From contig JAQXZB010000032.1 in the NCBI GenBank assembly GCA_029226975.1, positions 24,875 to 88,874 of the forward strand: a stretch of DNA of 64,000 bases, read 5' to 3'. The notes below the pieces were generated by a model, which was given only the letters and a program-made list of their open reading frames with translations, did no database searches and had not been told where the DNA came from. Shown piece by piece: positions 38,983 through 48,150 of this stretch (position 1 is its first letter; each line of letters opens with the position of its first letter). This DNA is from Clostridiales bacterium. Its GTDB lineage: Bacteria > Bacillota > Clostridia > UBA1381. The position numbers and the translations under genes were made by a program.

Positions 38983-39774
38983 ATGAGAATTTTAATTATT
39001 GATGATGAGGATATGGCGCTGAAGCATTTGGCTTCCGTTGTGACACAGGTTGTTCCCGGTGCGGATATTATGTGCTTTGATGACTGCGAGGAGGCTCTTG
39101 GAGAAGCGCGGCTTCGCAATTATGATGTGGCGTTTCTCGATATTTCAATGCCCGAAAAAAGCGGGCTTTTGATTGCCAAGGAATTAAAGGATATTTATAA
39201 GGATATAAATATAATTTTTGTGACGGGGTATTCGGAATATGCCCTTGAAGCCCTTAAGCTCTATTGCAGCGGATATGTTTTAAAGCCCGCGCTTAAGGAA
39301 GATATTGAAAGCGCTCTTGCCAATTTGCGTACTCCCATAAAATACAGCGAAAATAAGCTGAGGGTGCAATGCTTCGGAAATTTTGAGGTGTTTCACAACG
39401 GCAAGCCGGTGAACTTTATAAGGAACAAGGCAAAGGAAATATTTGCCTATCTTATCGATCGCCGCGGTGCGGCCGTAAATACCGGTGAGCTTTGTGCGGT
39501 GCTTTGGTACGATGAGGCTGATGATGAATCACACCGCCATTATTTGAGAAATTTGATTTCATGTCTTAAAAAAACGTTGGAGGACTGCGGAGCCGGAGAT
39601 GTATTTATATGCAAGCGCAATCACTTCGCACTTAATGCCGATATGCTGGACTGCGACTACTATAAATATCTCGAACATGACCCTGCTGCGGTAAACAGCT
39701 ACAGAGGTGAATATATGTCCCAGTACGGCTGGGCTGAAATGACCCTTGCCGCACTGGAAAACAATATTATATAA
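38983..39774 (+). CDS. Two-component response regulator, REC + winged-helix + BTAD-like (SARP/SAPR-type, COG3947-like)
   Basis: MRILIIDDEDMALKHL...DVAFLDISMPEKSG (REC), then LRVQCFGNFEVFHNGKPVNFIRNKAKEIFAYLIDRRGAAVNTGELCAVLW (SARP-like wHTH), then YRGEYMSQYGWAE. ATG 38983 lies 8 nt after GGAG. Confidence 0.85.
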   Translation: MRILIIDDEDMALKHLASVVTQVVPGADIMCFDDCEEALGEARLRNYDVAFLDISMPEKSGLLIAKELKDIYKDINIIFVTGYSEYALEALKLYCSGYVLKPALKEDIESALANLRTPIKYSENKLRVQCFGNFEVFHNGKPVNFIRNKAKEIFAYLIDRRGAAVNTGELCAVLWYDEADDESHRHYLRNLISCLKKTLEDCGAGDVFICKRNHFALNADMLDCDYYKYLEHDPAAVNSYRGEYMSQYGWAEMTLAALENNII

Positions 39775-39780
39775 TATGTA

Positions 39781-41094
39781 TTACGGCTTTTTGGGGGCTG
39801 CTTTCGGAATTTTTATGAGTGCCGTTGTTCCCGACTCAGGCACACTGCTGACAGCTAAGTCCCCGCCGCACATCATTTGCAATCTGCTTCTTACGTTGTC
39901 TATTCCGATATGAGATTTGCCGTCGCTTTTTATTATATCTTTATCAAAGCCTTTGCCGTTGTCATAAATCTTAATATAATAATTATCCTCGTCCGAATAT
40001 GTACGCAGCTCTATTGTCAATTCCTTCTTTTTCCTCATTCCGTGCTTAACGGCGTTTTCTATAAGCGGCTGCACCGTAAGCGCCGGAAGCATAAAGCCTG
40101 TTTCCTGTATGTCAAGCTTTAGCGTGAGTTTGTCACCGAAGCGCTTTTTTTCAAGGGATAAATAGGTCTTTACATGATTCATTTCATTTTCAAAGGGTAT
40201 GCACTGCTTTAAGGTGATTGAGTCCATGTTTGCTCTTATATAATGGGCAAACTGTCCGACGGTTCTTTCCGCCTCCTCAGGATCTGTTCTGCACAGGTAC
40301 ATTATGGTTGTAAGCATATTATACATAAAATGCGGCTGTATCTGCGAAAGCATAATCGAAATACGGCTTTCCGTCAGCTGATGCTCCTTTTGAGCAAGCT
40401 GTATTTTCTGCTGTGCAAGCTGCCGGGTGGTTTCTCCATGAAATAAGGAGTATAACAAAATCAAAGACAGCGTTGTTGCCATATACTCCGGTGTCGGCTC
40501 CCAGCAAAACTGCAGCAGTATGGACATCATCGGCAGCAGACCGAAAGAAATTAACTGCAGCGTTCCCTTAAGCCCTAACACCTTGCAGCAGGTTGATACT
40601 AAAATCATCTCTGCCGTCAACGCAAGCAAATCAAACAGTCTCACAAGCCAATACATTGAGCCGTATACAAATCTGCCCTCGTTGTCAAAGGAGAAAAACA
40701 TTCCGTTAAACAATGAAATTACAGACATCACCATAAATATCGCGCACAGCACCGCCATTATATGTGCCGGTAGTGCCGATACTTCGGATTTTTCTCTTAC
40801 AAACGCCGTAAGGCAGTAGGCATAGCTTCCGATAAGCGCATAACTGAATGCCAAAGATGTAAGCGCCGATATATTAAGAATTACTGTGTTGTCTGCCGAG
40901 CCTGCAAAAAACCAAATTCCCGCTTCGCCCAGCTGCATAAAAATATTTGACACAAGCAGCACAATAAAGGTTTTCATAAACGGGCTTTTCCTGTTTACAT
41001 CCGAAACAACGCCTATGAGCAGAAACAGCGTAACCGCCGCATCAAAGGTCAGCAGATACACATTAAGCCATTGCATTTCATTAAAATTCGGCAT
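39781..41094 (-). CDS. Membrane sensor histidine kinase, LytS/YesM type (His_kinase PF06580-like + HATPase_c)
   Basis: About 6 N-terminal TM segments, QIQPHFMYNMLTTIMYL, LIENAVKHG and YDNGKGF. The start is moved to ATG 41094 (SD GGGAG 8 nt upstream). Confidence 0.85.
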   Translation of the reverse strand: MPNFNEMQWLNVYLLTFDAAVTLFLLIGVVSDVNRKSPFMKTFIVLLVSNIFMQLGEAGIWFFAGSADNTVILNISALTSLAFSYALIGSYAYCLTAFVREKSEVSALPAHIMAVLCAIFMVMSVISLFNGMFFSFDNEGRFVYGSMYWLVRLFDLLALTAEMILVSTCCKVLGLKGTLQLISFGLLPMMSILLQFCWEPTPEYMATTLSLILLYSLFHGETTRQLAQQKIQLAQKEHQLTESRISIMLSQIQPHFMYNMLTTIMYLCRTDPEEAERTVGQFAHYIRANMDSITLKQCIPFENEMNHVKTYLSLEKKRFGDKLTLKLDIQETGFMLPALTVQPLIENAVKHGMRKKKELTIELRTYSDEDNYYIKIYDNGKGFDKDIIKSDGKSHIGIDNVRSRLQMMCGGDLAVSSVPESGTTALIKIPKAAPKKP

Positions 41095-41110
41095 AAGAAC
41101 AGCTCCCAAC

Positions 41111-41953
41111 TTATATCTCACGCACCGCGTGGCGTGTTGCATGACAGTTTATATTAACTGCTGCCGGCAAGCCCGCTATATGCGTGGGATATACCTCAAT
41201 ATTTACACCAAGAGCCGTTGTTGTTCCGCCCATGCCCTGGGGACCAATGCCCAAAAGATTTATCTTTTTCAAAAGCTCGTCCTCAAGCTTTGCATAAAAC
41301 GGATTTTCATTATGGGAGTCTGCGGCTCTTGTCAAAGCCTTTTTTGCAAGCTGCGCACACTTGTCCATTGTTCCGCCTATGCCTACACCGACAACCATCG
41401 GCGGGCATGGATTGGCTCCCGCCTTTCTCACTGTGTCAATCACAAAATCCACAATTCCGTCAAGACCGTCCGAGGGATTGAGCATTTTAAGGGCGCTTTT
41501 GTTTTCGCTGCCGAAGCCCTTGGGCGCAAAGGTAAGCTTTATCCTGTCACCCTCGACAAAATCGTAATATATCACCGCCGGAGTATTATCCTTTGTATTT
41601 TTGCGGTCTATCGGGTCTGCAACAACGGATTTTCTTAAATACCCATCGGTATAGCCTTGAGCCACGCCCTTATTTATTGCTTCCGTTATGGTATCGCCCT
41701 CGACAAAAACCTCCTTGCCTATCTCCACAAAGAACACCGCCATGCCGGTGTCCTGGCAAATAGGAACTTCCTTTTTATCGGCAATATCCGCATTTTTTAT
41801 AAGATTTTTTAATATTGAGCGGGAAATTTCCGACTCCTCGGTTTTTACACCGTTTTCCAGTGCGCGGCGTATGTCTTGATTTAAGTGACAGTTGGCGCCG
41901 ATACACATCTCCTTTACCGCCCCGGTTATTTCTTCTGAATTTATAATACGCAT
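41111..41953 (-). CDS. Class I (Fe-S) fumarate hydratase / L(+)-tartrate dehydratase alpha subunit, with no adjacent beta subunit
   Basis: [80 protein letters not shown] and [14 protein letters not shown] 41953 has SD GGAGGT. Confidence 0.85.
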   Translation of the reverse strand: MRIINSEEITGAVKEMCIGANCHLNQDIRRALENGVKTEESEISRSILKNLIKNADIADKKEVPICQDTGMAVFFVEIGKEVFVEGDTITEAINKGVAQGYTDGYLRKSVVADPIDRKNTKDNTPAVIYYDFVEGDRIKLTFAPKGFGSENKSALKMLNPSDGLDGIVDFVIDTVRKAGANPCPPMVVGVGIGGTMDKCAQLAKKALTRAADSHNENPFYAKLEDELLKKINLLGIGPQGMGGTTTALGVNIEVYPTHIAGLPAAVNINCHATRHAVREI

Positions 41954-41966
41954 TTTTATACCTCCG

Positions 41967-44900
41967 TTACAGTAATACCCATGAATCAAACCATTTCAGG
42001 AAATGCTCCGCATACCACACACTGCACGGCGCGCCGGACAGCACCGGGTAAAACATCGCAAACATTCCCACAACCAAAGCCGCATACACAAAGCACATAA
42101 TACACACATTCCGCCTTTGATTTATCCCGGCACCGGGCTGTTTTTGCAAAGCTTCGCTGTATATTTGAAGCATGCTGTACCCTATCATCAGCACCAAAAA
42201 CGGTACGCATGGGAAATAATGATATATATAGGTGGTTCTCTCAACAGGCACCCACGGCAGAAGCTCTGCCAAATATGCCACTGCCAAAAACAATGCCGCT
42301 CTGTCTTTTTTTACAGCCGCCAGATATATCATATAGAAGAACGCCGGAATTCCCATCCACCAAACAAGCGGATTTCCGAAGGAGCTTATTCCTTCTTTTA
42401 CACCGCTGTCTATCGTGCCGGAGTAATACCATATGGGACGCTTCATTATTATCCATTCATACCAGTGTGAGGAGAAGGGATGCGTTGAGTCAACAACGGT
42501 TTTTGAATGATATGTCCACATTGCGTTTTGATTGTCTATTATTGTTTTTATTCCCTGTGAGCCGGGCACCTGAAGATATGGTATATATGACAGCACATAT
42601 ATACAGGCAGGTACAAGCACAAAGAATATAACACAGCATACAAGCGTTTTTATCACGTTCCCCTTAAATGCCGAAACAACCTCGCTGTGACTTATTTCGT
42701 CAGTGGAGCCTGAGGGAGAATTTTTGGCATACAGATACTCTTTGTATCTTTTATACAGCACTGCAAAGAAGATTACGGCAAGTCCGCAGCCCGCATACAT
42801 TCCCGTCCATTTACAGGCTATTCCAAGCCCCATGCAAATTCCCGACAATGAAAGCGGAATAAGAGTTTTCTTTATCGGTGTATCGTTAAAGCTCATTTTG
42901 CAGTAGCGGTACATGAAATAATACATCAGCATTATGAAAAATGTAACGTACACATCAATAGTAGCAATTCTTGTCTGCGCGAAGTGCATGAAGTCAAAGG
43001 TCAGCAAAACAGCGGTAATTGCCGCAAGCCACTGCTTCTTTAAGAGCCTACTTGCGAAAACATATATAACGGGAATCATCAGTATTCCAAACACCGTCCC
43101 GACTATTCTCCATCCAAAAGGCGTCATACCGAACAGACGTATGCCCAAGGATATAAAAATTTTCCCCAGCGGCGGATGCGTCCATTCGTATACGGGAAGA
43201 TGGTGTATAAATTCATATGCGGTACGCGCATGATAAATCTCATCAAAATATGTGCTGTTTAAATAGCTTTTGCGTTCGGGAACCATGTCCTGCTCGTCAA
43301 ACATCGCTGCTATGCTTTTATCCGAAGCGTTTTTTGGAATAAGCGTTTGATTATCATCATCGCATATGCCAAGCTCCATTATATGCAGATTGGAAGCCGC
43401 TGTTGACAGGGTTATATATCTTGCTCGCTCCTCGAGTTCGATTTCATTCCAGCAAAATACCGCTCCGTCTGTCTGCGTCTTTTGAAAAACCCTATTGCCG
43501 GCAGAGTCTACATATGCAATTTCAAGCTTTCTGTCCTCCTCATTTAACTGATAAGGTCCTAAATACATTTTGATTTTTGAAATATTACAGTCCTCTCCCA
43601 AATCTACCGTAACTTTTTTTTCATCACCCATATCAACATAGGTCTGCGGTGCGCTTGTATTTCCGAGATGATAGAGAGCAATGCATGAATACAGTACCAT
43701 AAGTCCGGCAATTATTATATAATCCGTTTTCTTGAGCCGGTCAAATTTTTCGGTAATTCCGAAATGAAAAGCTTTTATAGCAGGCTCGCTTTTCACTGTT
43801 GGCTTTGCCTTTACGGTCTTGATTTCCGTTTTGGTATTTTTTATATAATACTTGTAAGACATAGCTATCATAAATGCATAAAGTGCAATATTTAGCACCG
43901 AGCCTATAATGATAACCGGGCTTTTAAAGTATTTGTTTATATCCTGCTCGTATATAAACAGCACCCATGCCGCGTTAAAATATTGAAGCAGTGCCGAAAA
44001 AGCGTAGAGCATAAAATGCCGCATATCCGGCATACGCACAAACGCAATAAGCAAAAGCGCCATTGCCGCAAAGGCGTAGCGGTCATGCATTTTTGTTGAA
44101 AGCATATAGGTTGAAAAGGACAAAAGCGCACCGGCAAAATAATATCTTGACGGGTTGTCCTTTGCTGTTTTAAAGAAAACGTAAGTTGTATATGCCACAA
44201 TTGCGGCGAGTATCACATACCCCAAAGCGGAGGTAAAGGGTGTAAGCGGCGTCCAGTTCTGACCGAAAGCACCCCATATATTAAAGGCATTTACGGTAAG
44301 ATACGGATATGAGGCAAGGGTGTTTTTATACTGCTCCGTCACATTCCCTATTCCGAAAGGCAGCGCAAGAATAACAATCATTGTTATTGCCCCAAGCCCG
44401 CCGGCAAGATTTTTTATGAATTTTTGCGCGTCGAATTTGGGCAAAAATACATTTTCCGCTATGGCATAAATAACAAGGGGCGTAAATATAAACGCCTGAG
44501 GCTTTATAAATATACACAGGGCAAAAAGAAAGTACGCCGGAATAAGCCGTTTTTTATCAAGCATATAAATCATCAGTATGATAAAAAGCGTATATACGGC
44601 ATCTACCTGTCCCCAAAGCGAGCTGTTTATTATAACGGCGGGGTTAAAGACATATACTGCGGCAATTACGGCCGACGGTGCATCGCTTAATTTTTTTGAA
44701 GCAAGTCTGTATATAAATATCCCCGTCACAATATCGCAGATAATGGCAGGCAGCTTAATCAGAAGCCAGCGCATACCCTCCGAAAAGCCGAATAAATGCT
44801 CAATGCCGCCTATCACATAAAGAACATACATATATCCCGGCGGATAATCCGTAAACGCATCGGAGGTATAAAAATTCGGTATTCCGTCTTTAAAAATCAT

Positions 44901-45119
44901 ATCCGACCATGCCATAAAGCAGTTCATATCCGTTGAATGTCCCATGTATTTCGCGGCAAGAATAACGCGCAAAACAAATGCACCCACGCAGACTGCAATG
45001 ATATACACCGCATTTTGCCTGCCCTTTTGAAGCTTCCCCGTTTGGGGGCAAAGGCAATAGCTCCATGCTGCATACAACCCGACAGCAAACAAAACCGCTA
45101 CCACTAAAATGCCAACCAT
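41967..45119 (-). CDS. 1,050-aa polytopic membrane protein: N-terminal GT-C-like module, central extracytoplasmic beta-sandwich (discoidin/F5-8C-like), and C-terminal PMT/GT39-like glycosyltransferase module
   Basis: More than 20 hydrophobic segments. aa 60-100: HSTDMNCFMAWSDMIFKDG...DYPPGYMYVLY. aa ~480-600: VTVDLGEDCNISKIKMYLGPYQL...ARYITLSTAASNLHIMELGICDD. aa ~620 onward: STYFDEIYHARTAYEFIHHLPVYEWTHPPLGK (PMT-family loop-1 signature). Confidence 0.8.
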   Translation of the reverse strand: MVGILVVAVLFAVGLYAAWSYCLCPQTGKLQKGRQNAVYIIAVCVGAFVLRVILAAKYMGHSTDMNCFMAWSDMIFKDGIPNFYTSDAFTDYPPGYMYVLYVIGGIEHLFGFSEGMRWLLIKLPAIICDIVTGIFIYRLASKKLSDAPSAVIAAVYVFNPAVIINSSLWGQVDAVYTLFIILMIYMLDKKRLIPAYFLFALCIFIKPQAFIFTPLVIYAIAENVFLPKFDAQKFIKNLAGGLGAITMIVILALPFGIGNVTEQYKNTLASYPYLTVNAFNIWGAFGQNWTPLTPFTSALGYVILAAIVAYTTYVFFKTAKDNPSRYYFAGALLSFSTYMLSTKMHDRYAFAAMALLLIAFVRMPDMRHFMLYAFSALLQYFNAAWVLFIYEQDINKYFKSPVIIIGSVLNIALYAFMIAMSYKYYIKNTKTEIKTVKAKPTVKSEPAIKAFHFGITEKFDRLKKTDYIIIAGLMVLYSCIALYHLGNTSAPQTYVDMGDEKKVTVDLGEDCNISKIKMYLGPYQLNEEDRKLEIAYVDSAGNRVFQKTQTDGAVFCWNEIELEERARYITLSTAASNLHIMELGICDDDNQTLIPKNASDKSIAAMFDEQDMVPERKSYLNSTYFDEIYHARTAYEFIHHLPVYEWTHPPLGKIFISLGIRLFGMTPFGWRIVGTVFGILMIPVIYVFASRLLKKQWLAAITAVLLTFDFMHFAQTRIATIDVYVTFFIMLMYYFMYRYCKMSFNDTPIKKTLIPLSLSGICMGLGIACKWTGMYAGCGLAVIFFAVLYKRYKEYLYAKNSPSGSTDEISHSEVVSAFKGNVIKTLVCCVIFFVLVPACIYVLSYIPYLQVPGSQGIKTIIDNQNAMWTYHSKTVVDSTHPFSSHWYEWIIMKRPIWYYSGTIDSGVKEGISSFGNPLVWWMGIPAFFYMIYLAAVKKDRAALFLAVAYLAELLPWVPVERTTYIYHYFPCVPFLVLMIGYSMLQIYSEALQKQPGAGINQRRNVCIMCFVYAALVVGMFAMFYPVLSGAPCSVWYAEHFLKWFDSWVLL

Positions 45120-45160
45120 AATATAAAAATCTCCTTATAAAATATTCCTGTTTATCGTAC

Positions 45161-45189
45161 ATTATAGCACATATTTTTCCAAAAGTCAA
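45161..45189 (-). promoter_or_regulatory. Sigma-A promoter of the GT-C / fumarate-hydratase-alpha / kinase operon
   Basis: Minus strand reads TTGACT-17 nt-TATAAT, about 40 nt upstream of ATG 45119. Confidence 0.5.
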
Positions 45190-45256
45190 TTTATATATAC
45201 ATATATATGTATTAAATTCGATTTATTACATCTTGTTTACAAAAGCTAAAAGCTTC

Positions 45257-45286
45257 TTGACATATACTATATATTGGGGGTATAAT
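45257..45286 (+). promoter_or_regulatory. Sigma-A promoter of nrdD-nrdG
   Basis: TTGACA at 45257-45262, 18-nt spacer, TATAAT at 45281-45286. Confidence 0.55.
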
Positions 45287-45311
45287 ACACAGGAAACACA
45301 AATTATACCAT
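45264..45311 (+). promoter_or_regulatory. Two putative NrdR boxes
   Basis: ATACTATATATTGGGG (45264-79) matches ACACTATATATAGTGT at 12 of 16 positions. ACACAAATTATACCAT (45296-311) matches at 10 of 16. The start-to-start spacing is 32 bp, which is typical of NrdR box pairs. Box 1 lies in the promoter spacer. Confidence 0.45.
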
Positions 45312-45333
45312 AAACACAAGAGAGGTAAGCGCA

Positions 45334-47646
45334 ATGGTTGAATCCATTATAAAAAGAGACGGCAGACGAACGGACTTCGACATAAGCAAAATTACGGATG
45401 CAATAAACAAGGCTTTTGTTGCAAGCACTGCCAGAGATGACAGAAATTATGCGGATTTTCTTGCAAACAAGGTGCTTTATGACATAGAGGAGCAAAGTAT
45501 AAAAACCCCTACGGTTGAGCAAATTCAGGATAGCGTTGAAAGAGTTCTTATAAATAACGGTCATGTGCGCACAGCCAAGGCGTATATTCTCTACCGCTCC
45601 CAAAGAAGCCGCGTAAGAGAAATGAAAACCGACCTTATGCAGATATATGACGATATAAACATGAAGGACGCGGAGGAGTCGGATATAAAGCGAGAGAACG
45701 CCAACGTCAACGGAAACACCGCCATGGGCTCCATGTACAAGTACGGCTCGGAGGGTTCTAAAAAGTATTATGAAATGTTTGTCTTAAAGGACGAACACGC
45801 AAGAGCGCACATTGACGGAGATATACATATTCATGATATGGATTTTCTTTCCATGACAACCACCTGCACTCAGATTGACCTTTTGCAGCTGTTTGAGGGC
45901 GGATTTTCCACAGGCCACGGAGTTGTAAGGGAGCCTAACGATATTTCCACCTATTCCTCCCTCGCCTGCATTGCCATTCAGTCCAACCAAAACGATCAGC
46001 ATGGCGGTCAGAGTATCGTAAATTTTGATTACGGCATGGCTCCGGGCGTTATGAAAAGCTATAAAAAGCTTTACACAAAAAATCTTCAGAAGGCTTTGGA
46101 GCTGATGTGCGGCTTTGACATAAGTGAGAAGCGTCTTGGTGAAATCCGCGAGGAAATTATAAAGGACGGCGCGGTTTTAAGAATTGAATTTCATGACGAA
46201 TACTGCGCGCGCGAAGAAGAAGTTCTCATTGAGGAGGGCGCTTCCGATGTGAAAAAGGCTCAGGAATATGCTCTTAAAAAAGCTCTGGAAGAAATTGACA
46301 GAGCCACCTATCAGGCAATGGAGGCTTTTATACATAACCTTAATGTAATGTGCTCCAGAGCCGGCGCGCAGACTCCTTTTTCGTCCATAAATTACGGAAT
46401 GGATACAAGCGCCGAGGGCAGAATGATAATTAAAAATGTGCTTTTGGCAAACGAGGCGGGGCTTGCAAACGGCGAGACCCCCATATTCCCCATACAGATT
46501 TTCCGCGTCAAGGAGGGAGTAAACTACAACGAAGGCGAGCCGAATTATGATTTGTTCAAGCTTGCATGCAGAGTGAGCGCAAAACGGCTGTTCCCCAACT
46601 TCTCGTTTATTGACGCGCCCTTTAACCTTCAGTACTACAAGGAGGGACATCCGGAAACGGAAATAGCGTATATGGGCTGCCGCACAAGAGTAATAGGCAA
46701 TCATTACGACCCGACCAGGGAGCAGTGCAACCGCAGAGGTAATTTGTCCTTTACATCAATAAATCTCCCACGCATTGCCATACGGGCAAAGGGTGATATT
46801 ATGTGGTTCTATGAGGAGCTTGACAGGAAGATAGATTTGGTTATAGAACAGCTTCTCGACCGATTTGAGCTTCAGTGCCGCAGAAAGGTAAAGAATTTCC
46901 CGTTCCTTATGGGCAACGGAGTATGGCTTGACAGCGAAAAGCTCGGTCCCGAGGACGAGGTAAGAGAGGTATTAAAGCACGGAACCCTATCCATAGGCTG
47001 GATAGGTCTTGCGGAAGCGCTTGTGGCTCTTATCGGCGAGCATCATGGTCAGAGTGACAAGGCGCAAAACCTCGGTCTGGAAATAGTTTCGCATATGCGC
47101 AGACGCATGGATGAAGCAACCGAAAAAACAGGGCTTAATTTCAGTCTGCTGGCAACTCCCGCCGAGGGGTTAAGCGGAAGATTTGTAAAGCTTGATAAAA
47201 AGAAGTACGGAATAATAGAGGGCGTGACAGACAGGGATTACTATACAAATTCCTTCCATGTTCCCGTATATTATCCGATAAGCGCCATAGAAAAAATAAA
47301 CAAGGAAGCGCCCTATCACGCGCTTACCAATGCGGGACACATTTCCTATATTGAGCTTGACGGCGACCCGACAAAAAATCTTGCCGCTTTTGAAAAGGTT
47401 ATACGCGCAATGCATGATGCGGGCATAGGCTACGGAAGCATCAACCACCCGGTTGACCGCGATCCCGTATGCGGCTACAGTGGCATAATCGGCGATGTTT
47501 GCCCCAAATGCGGCAGGCATGACGGCGAAAACGGCATCGGCATGGACAGAATAAGACGTGTTACGGGCTATTTGGTCGGCACTCTGGACCGTTTTAACGA
47601 CGCAAAACGCGCCGAGGAAAGGGACAGAGTAAAGCACAATGTCTGA
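45334..47646 (+). CDS. nrdD: Anaerobic ribonucleoside-triphosphate reductase (class III) with an N-terminal ATP-cone
   Basis: ATP-cone VESIIKRDGRRTDFDISKITDAINKA, Zn ribbon CGYSGIIGDVCPKCG and glycyl-radical motif RRVTGYLVG. Confidence 0.95.
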   Translation: MVESIIKRDGRRTDFDISKITDAINKAFVASTARDDRNYADFLANKVLYDIEEQSIKTPTVEQIQDSVERVLINNGHVRTAKAYILYRSQRSRVREMKTDLMQIYDDINMKDAEESDIKRENANVNGNTAMGSMYKYGSEGSKKYYEMFVLKDEHARAHIDGDIHIHDMDFLSMTTTCTQIDLLQLFEGGFSTGHGVVREPNDISTYSSLACIAIQSNQNDQHGGQSIVNFDYGMAPGVMKSYKKLYTKNLQKALELMCGFDISEKRLGEIREEIIKDGAVLRIEFHDEYCAREEEVLIEEGASDVKKAQEYALKKALEEIDRATYQAMEAFIHNLNVMCSRAGAQTPFSSINYGMDTSAEGRMIIKNVLLANEAGLANGETPIFPIQIFRVKEGVNYNEGEPNYDLFKLACRVSAKRLFPNFSFIDAPFNLQYYKEGHPETEIAYMGCRTRVIGNHYDPTREQCNRRGNLSFTSINLPRIAIRAKGDIMWFYEELDRKIDLVIEQLLDRFELQCRRKVKNFPFLMGNGVWLDSEKLGPEDEVREVLKHGTLSIGWIGLAEALVALIGEHHGQSDKAQNLGLEIVSHMRRRMDEATEKTGLNFSLLATPAEGLSGRFVKLDKKKYGIIEGVTDRDYYTNSFHVPVYYPISAIEKINKEAPYHALTNAGHISYIELDGDPTKNLAAFEKVIRAMHDAGIGYGSINHPVDRDPVCGYSGIIGDVCPKCGRHDGENGIGMDRIRRVTGYLVGTLDRFNDAKRAEERDRVKHNV

Positions 47647-48136
47647 TATAAGAATATGCGGCATAGAAAACGATTCAATTGTTGACGGTCCAGGAATACG
47701 CTTTACCGTATTTTCCCAGGGCTGTCCTCATAACTGCCCCGGCTGTCACAATCCGCAGTCCCATGACCCAAAGGGCGGATACCTCATAAGCGAAACGGAA
47801 ATATTGGATAAAATCAAAGCCAATCCTTTGCTTGACGGAGTTACCTTTTCGGGCGGAGAGCCTTTTTTGCAGGCGAAAGCCTTTTCGGAATTGGCAAAAA
47901 AAATTCACGCTCTGGGACTTGATATTATTACTTATACGGGGTATACTTATGAGGAGATACTGTCAAACGCCGAATTTATGCCGCTGCTTTTGCAAAGCGA
48001 TATTATAGTTGACGGCAGATTTGAAATTGACAAAAAAAGTATTGATCTAAGATTCAAGGGCAGCTCCAATCAGCGGGTAATCGATGTAAAAAAATCCCTT
48101 GCAAACGGGCGGGCTGTCCTTAGCGAATACAATTAA
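47639..48136 (+). CDS. nrdG: Anaerobic ribonucleotide reductase activating protein (radical SAM)
   Basis: DGPGIRFTVFSQGCPHNCPGCHNP and GVTFSGGEP. It overlaps nrdD by 8 nt. Confidence 0.9.
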   Translation: MSDIRICGIENDSIVDGPGIRFTVFSQGCPHNCPGCHNPQSHDPKGGYLISETEILDKIKANPLLDGVTFSGGEPFLQAKAFSELAKKIHALGLDIITYTGYTYEEILSNAEFMPLLLQSDIIVDGRFEIDKKSIDLRFKGSSNQRVIDVKKSLANGRAVLSEYN

Positions 48137-48150
48137 GGTGGTGTGGTAAT

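Noticed and set aside
40886-41638. 250-aa plus-strand ORF spanning the junction of the kinase and fumarate-hydratase-alpha genes
   Set aside because: It is antisense to two well-supported genes and crosses their intergenic gap. It has no SD and no recognisable motif.
45197-45212. 16-bp perfect palindrome ATACATATATATGTAT just upstream of the -35 of the GT-C operon promoter
   Set aside because: It is made almost entirely of alternating TA in an AT-rich divergent promoter region, so chance palindromy is likely. It is out of phase with the NrdR consensus. It is worth noting only if footprinting of the adjacent regulator is done.
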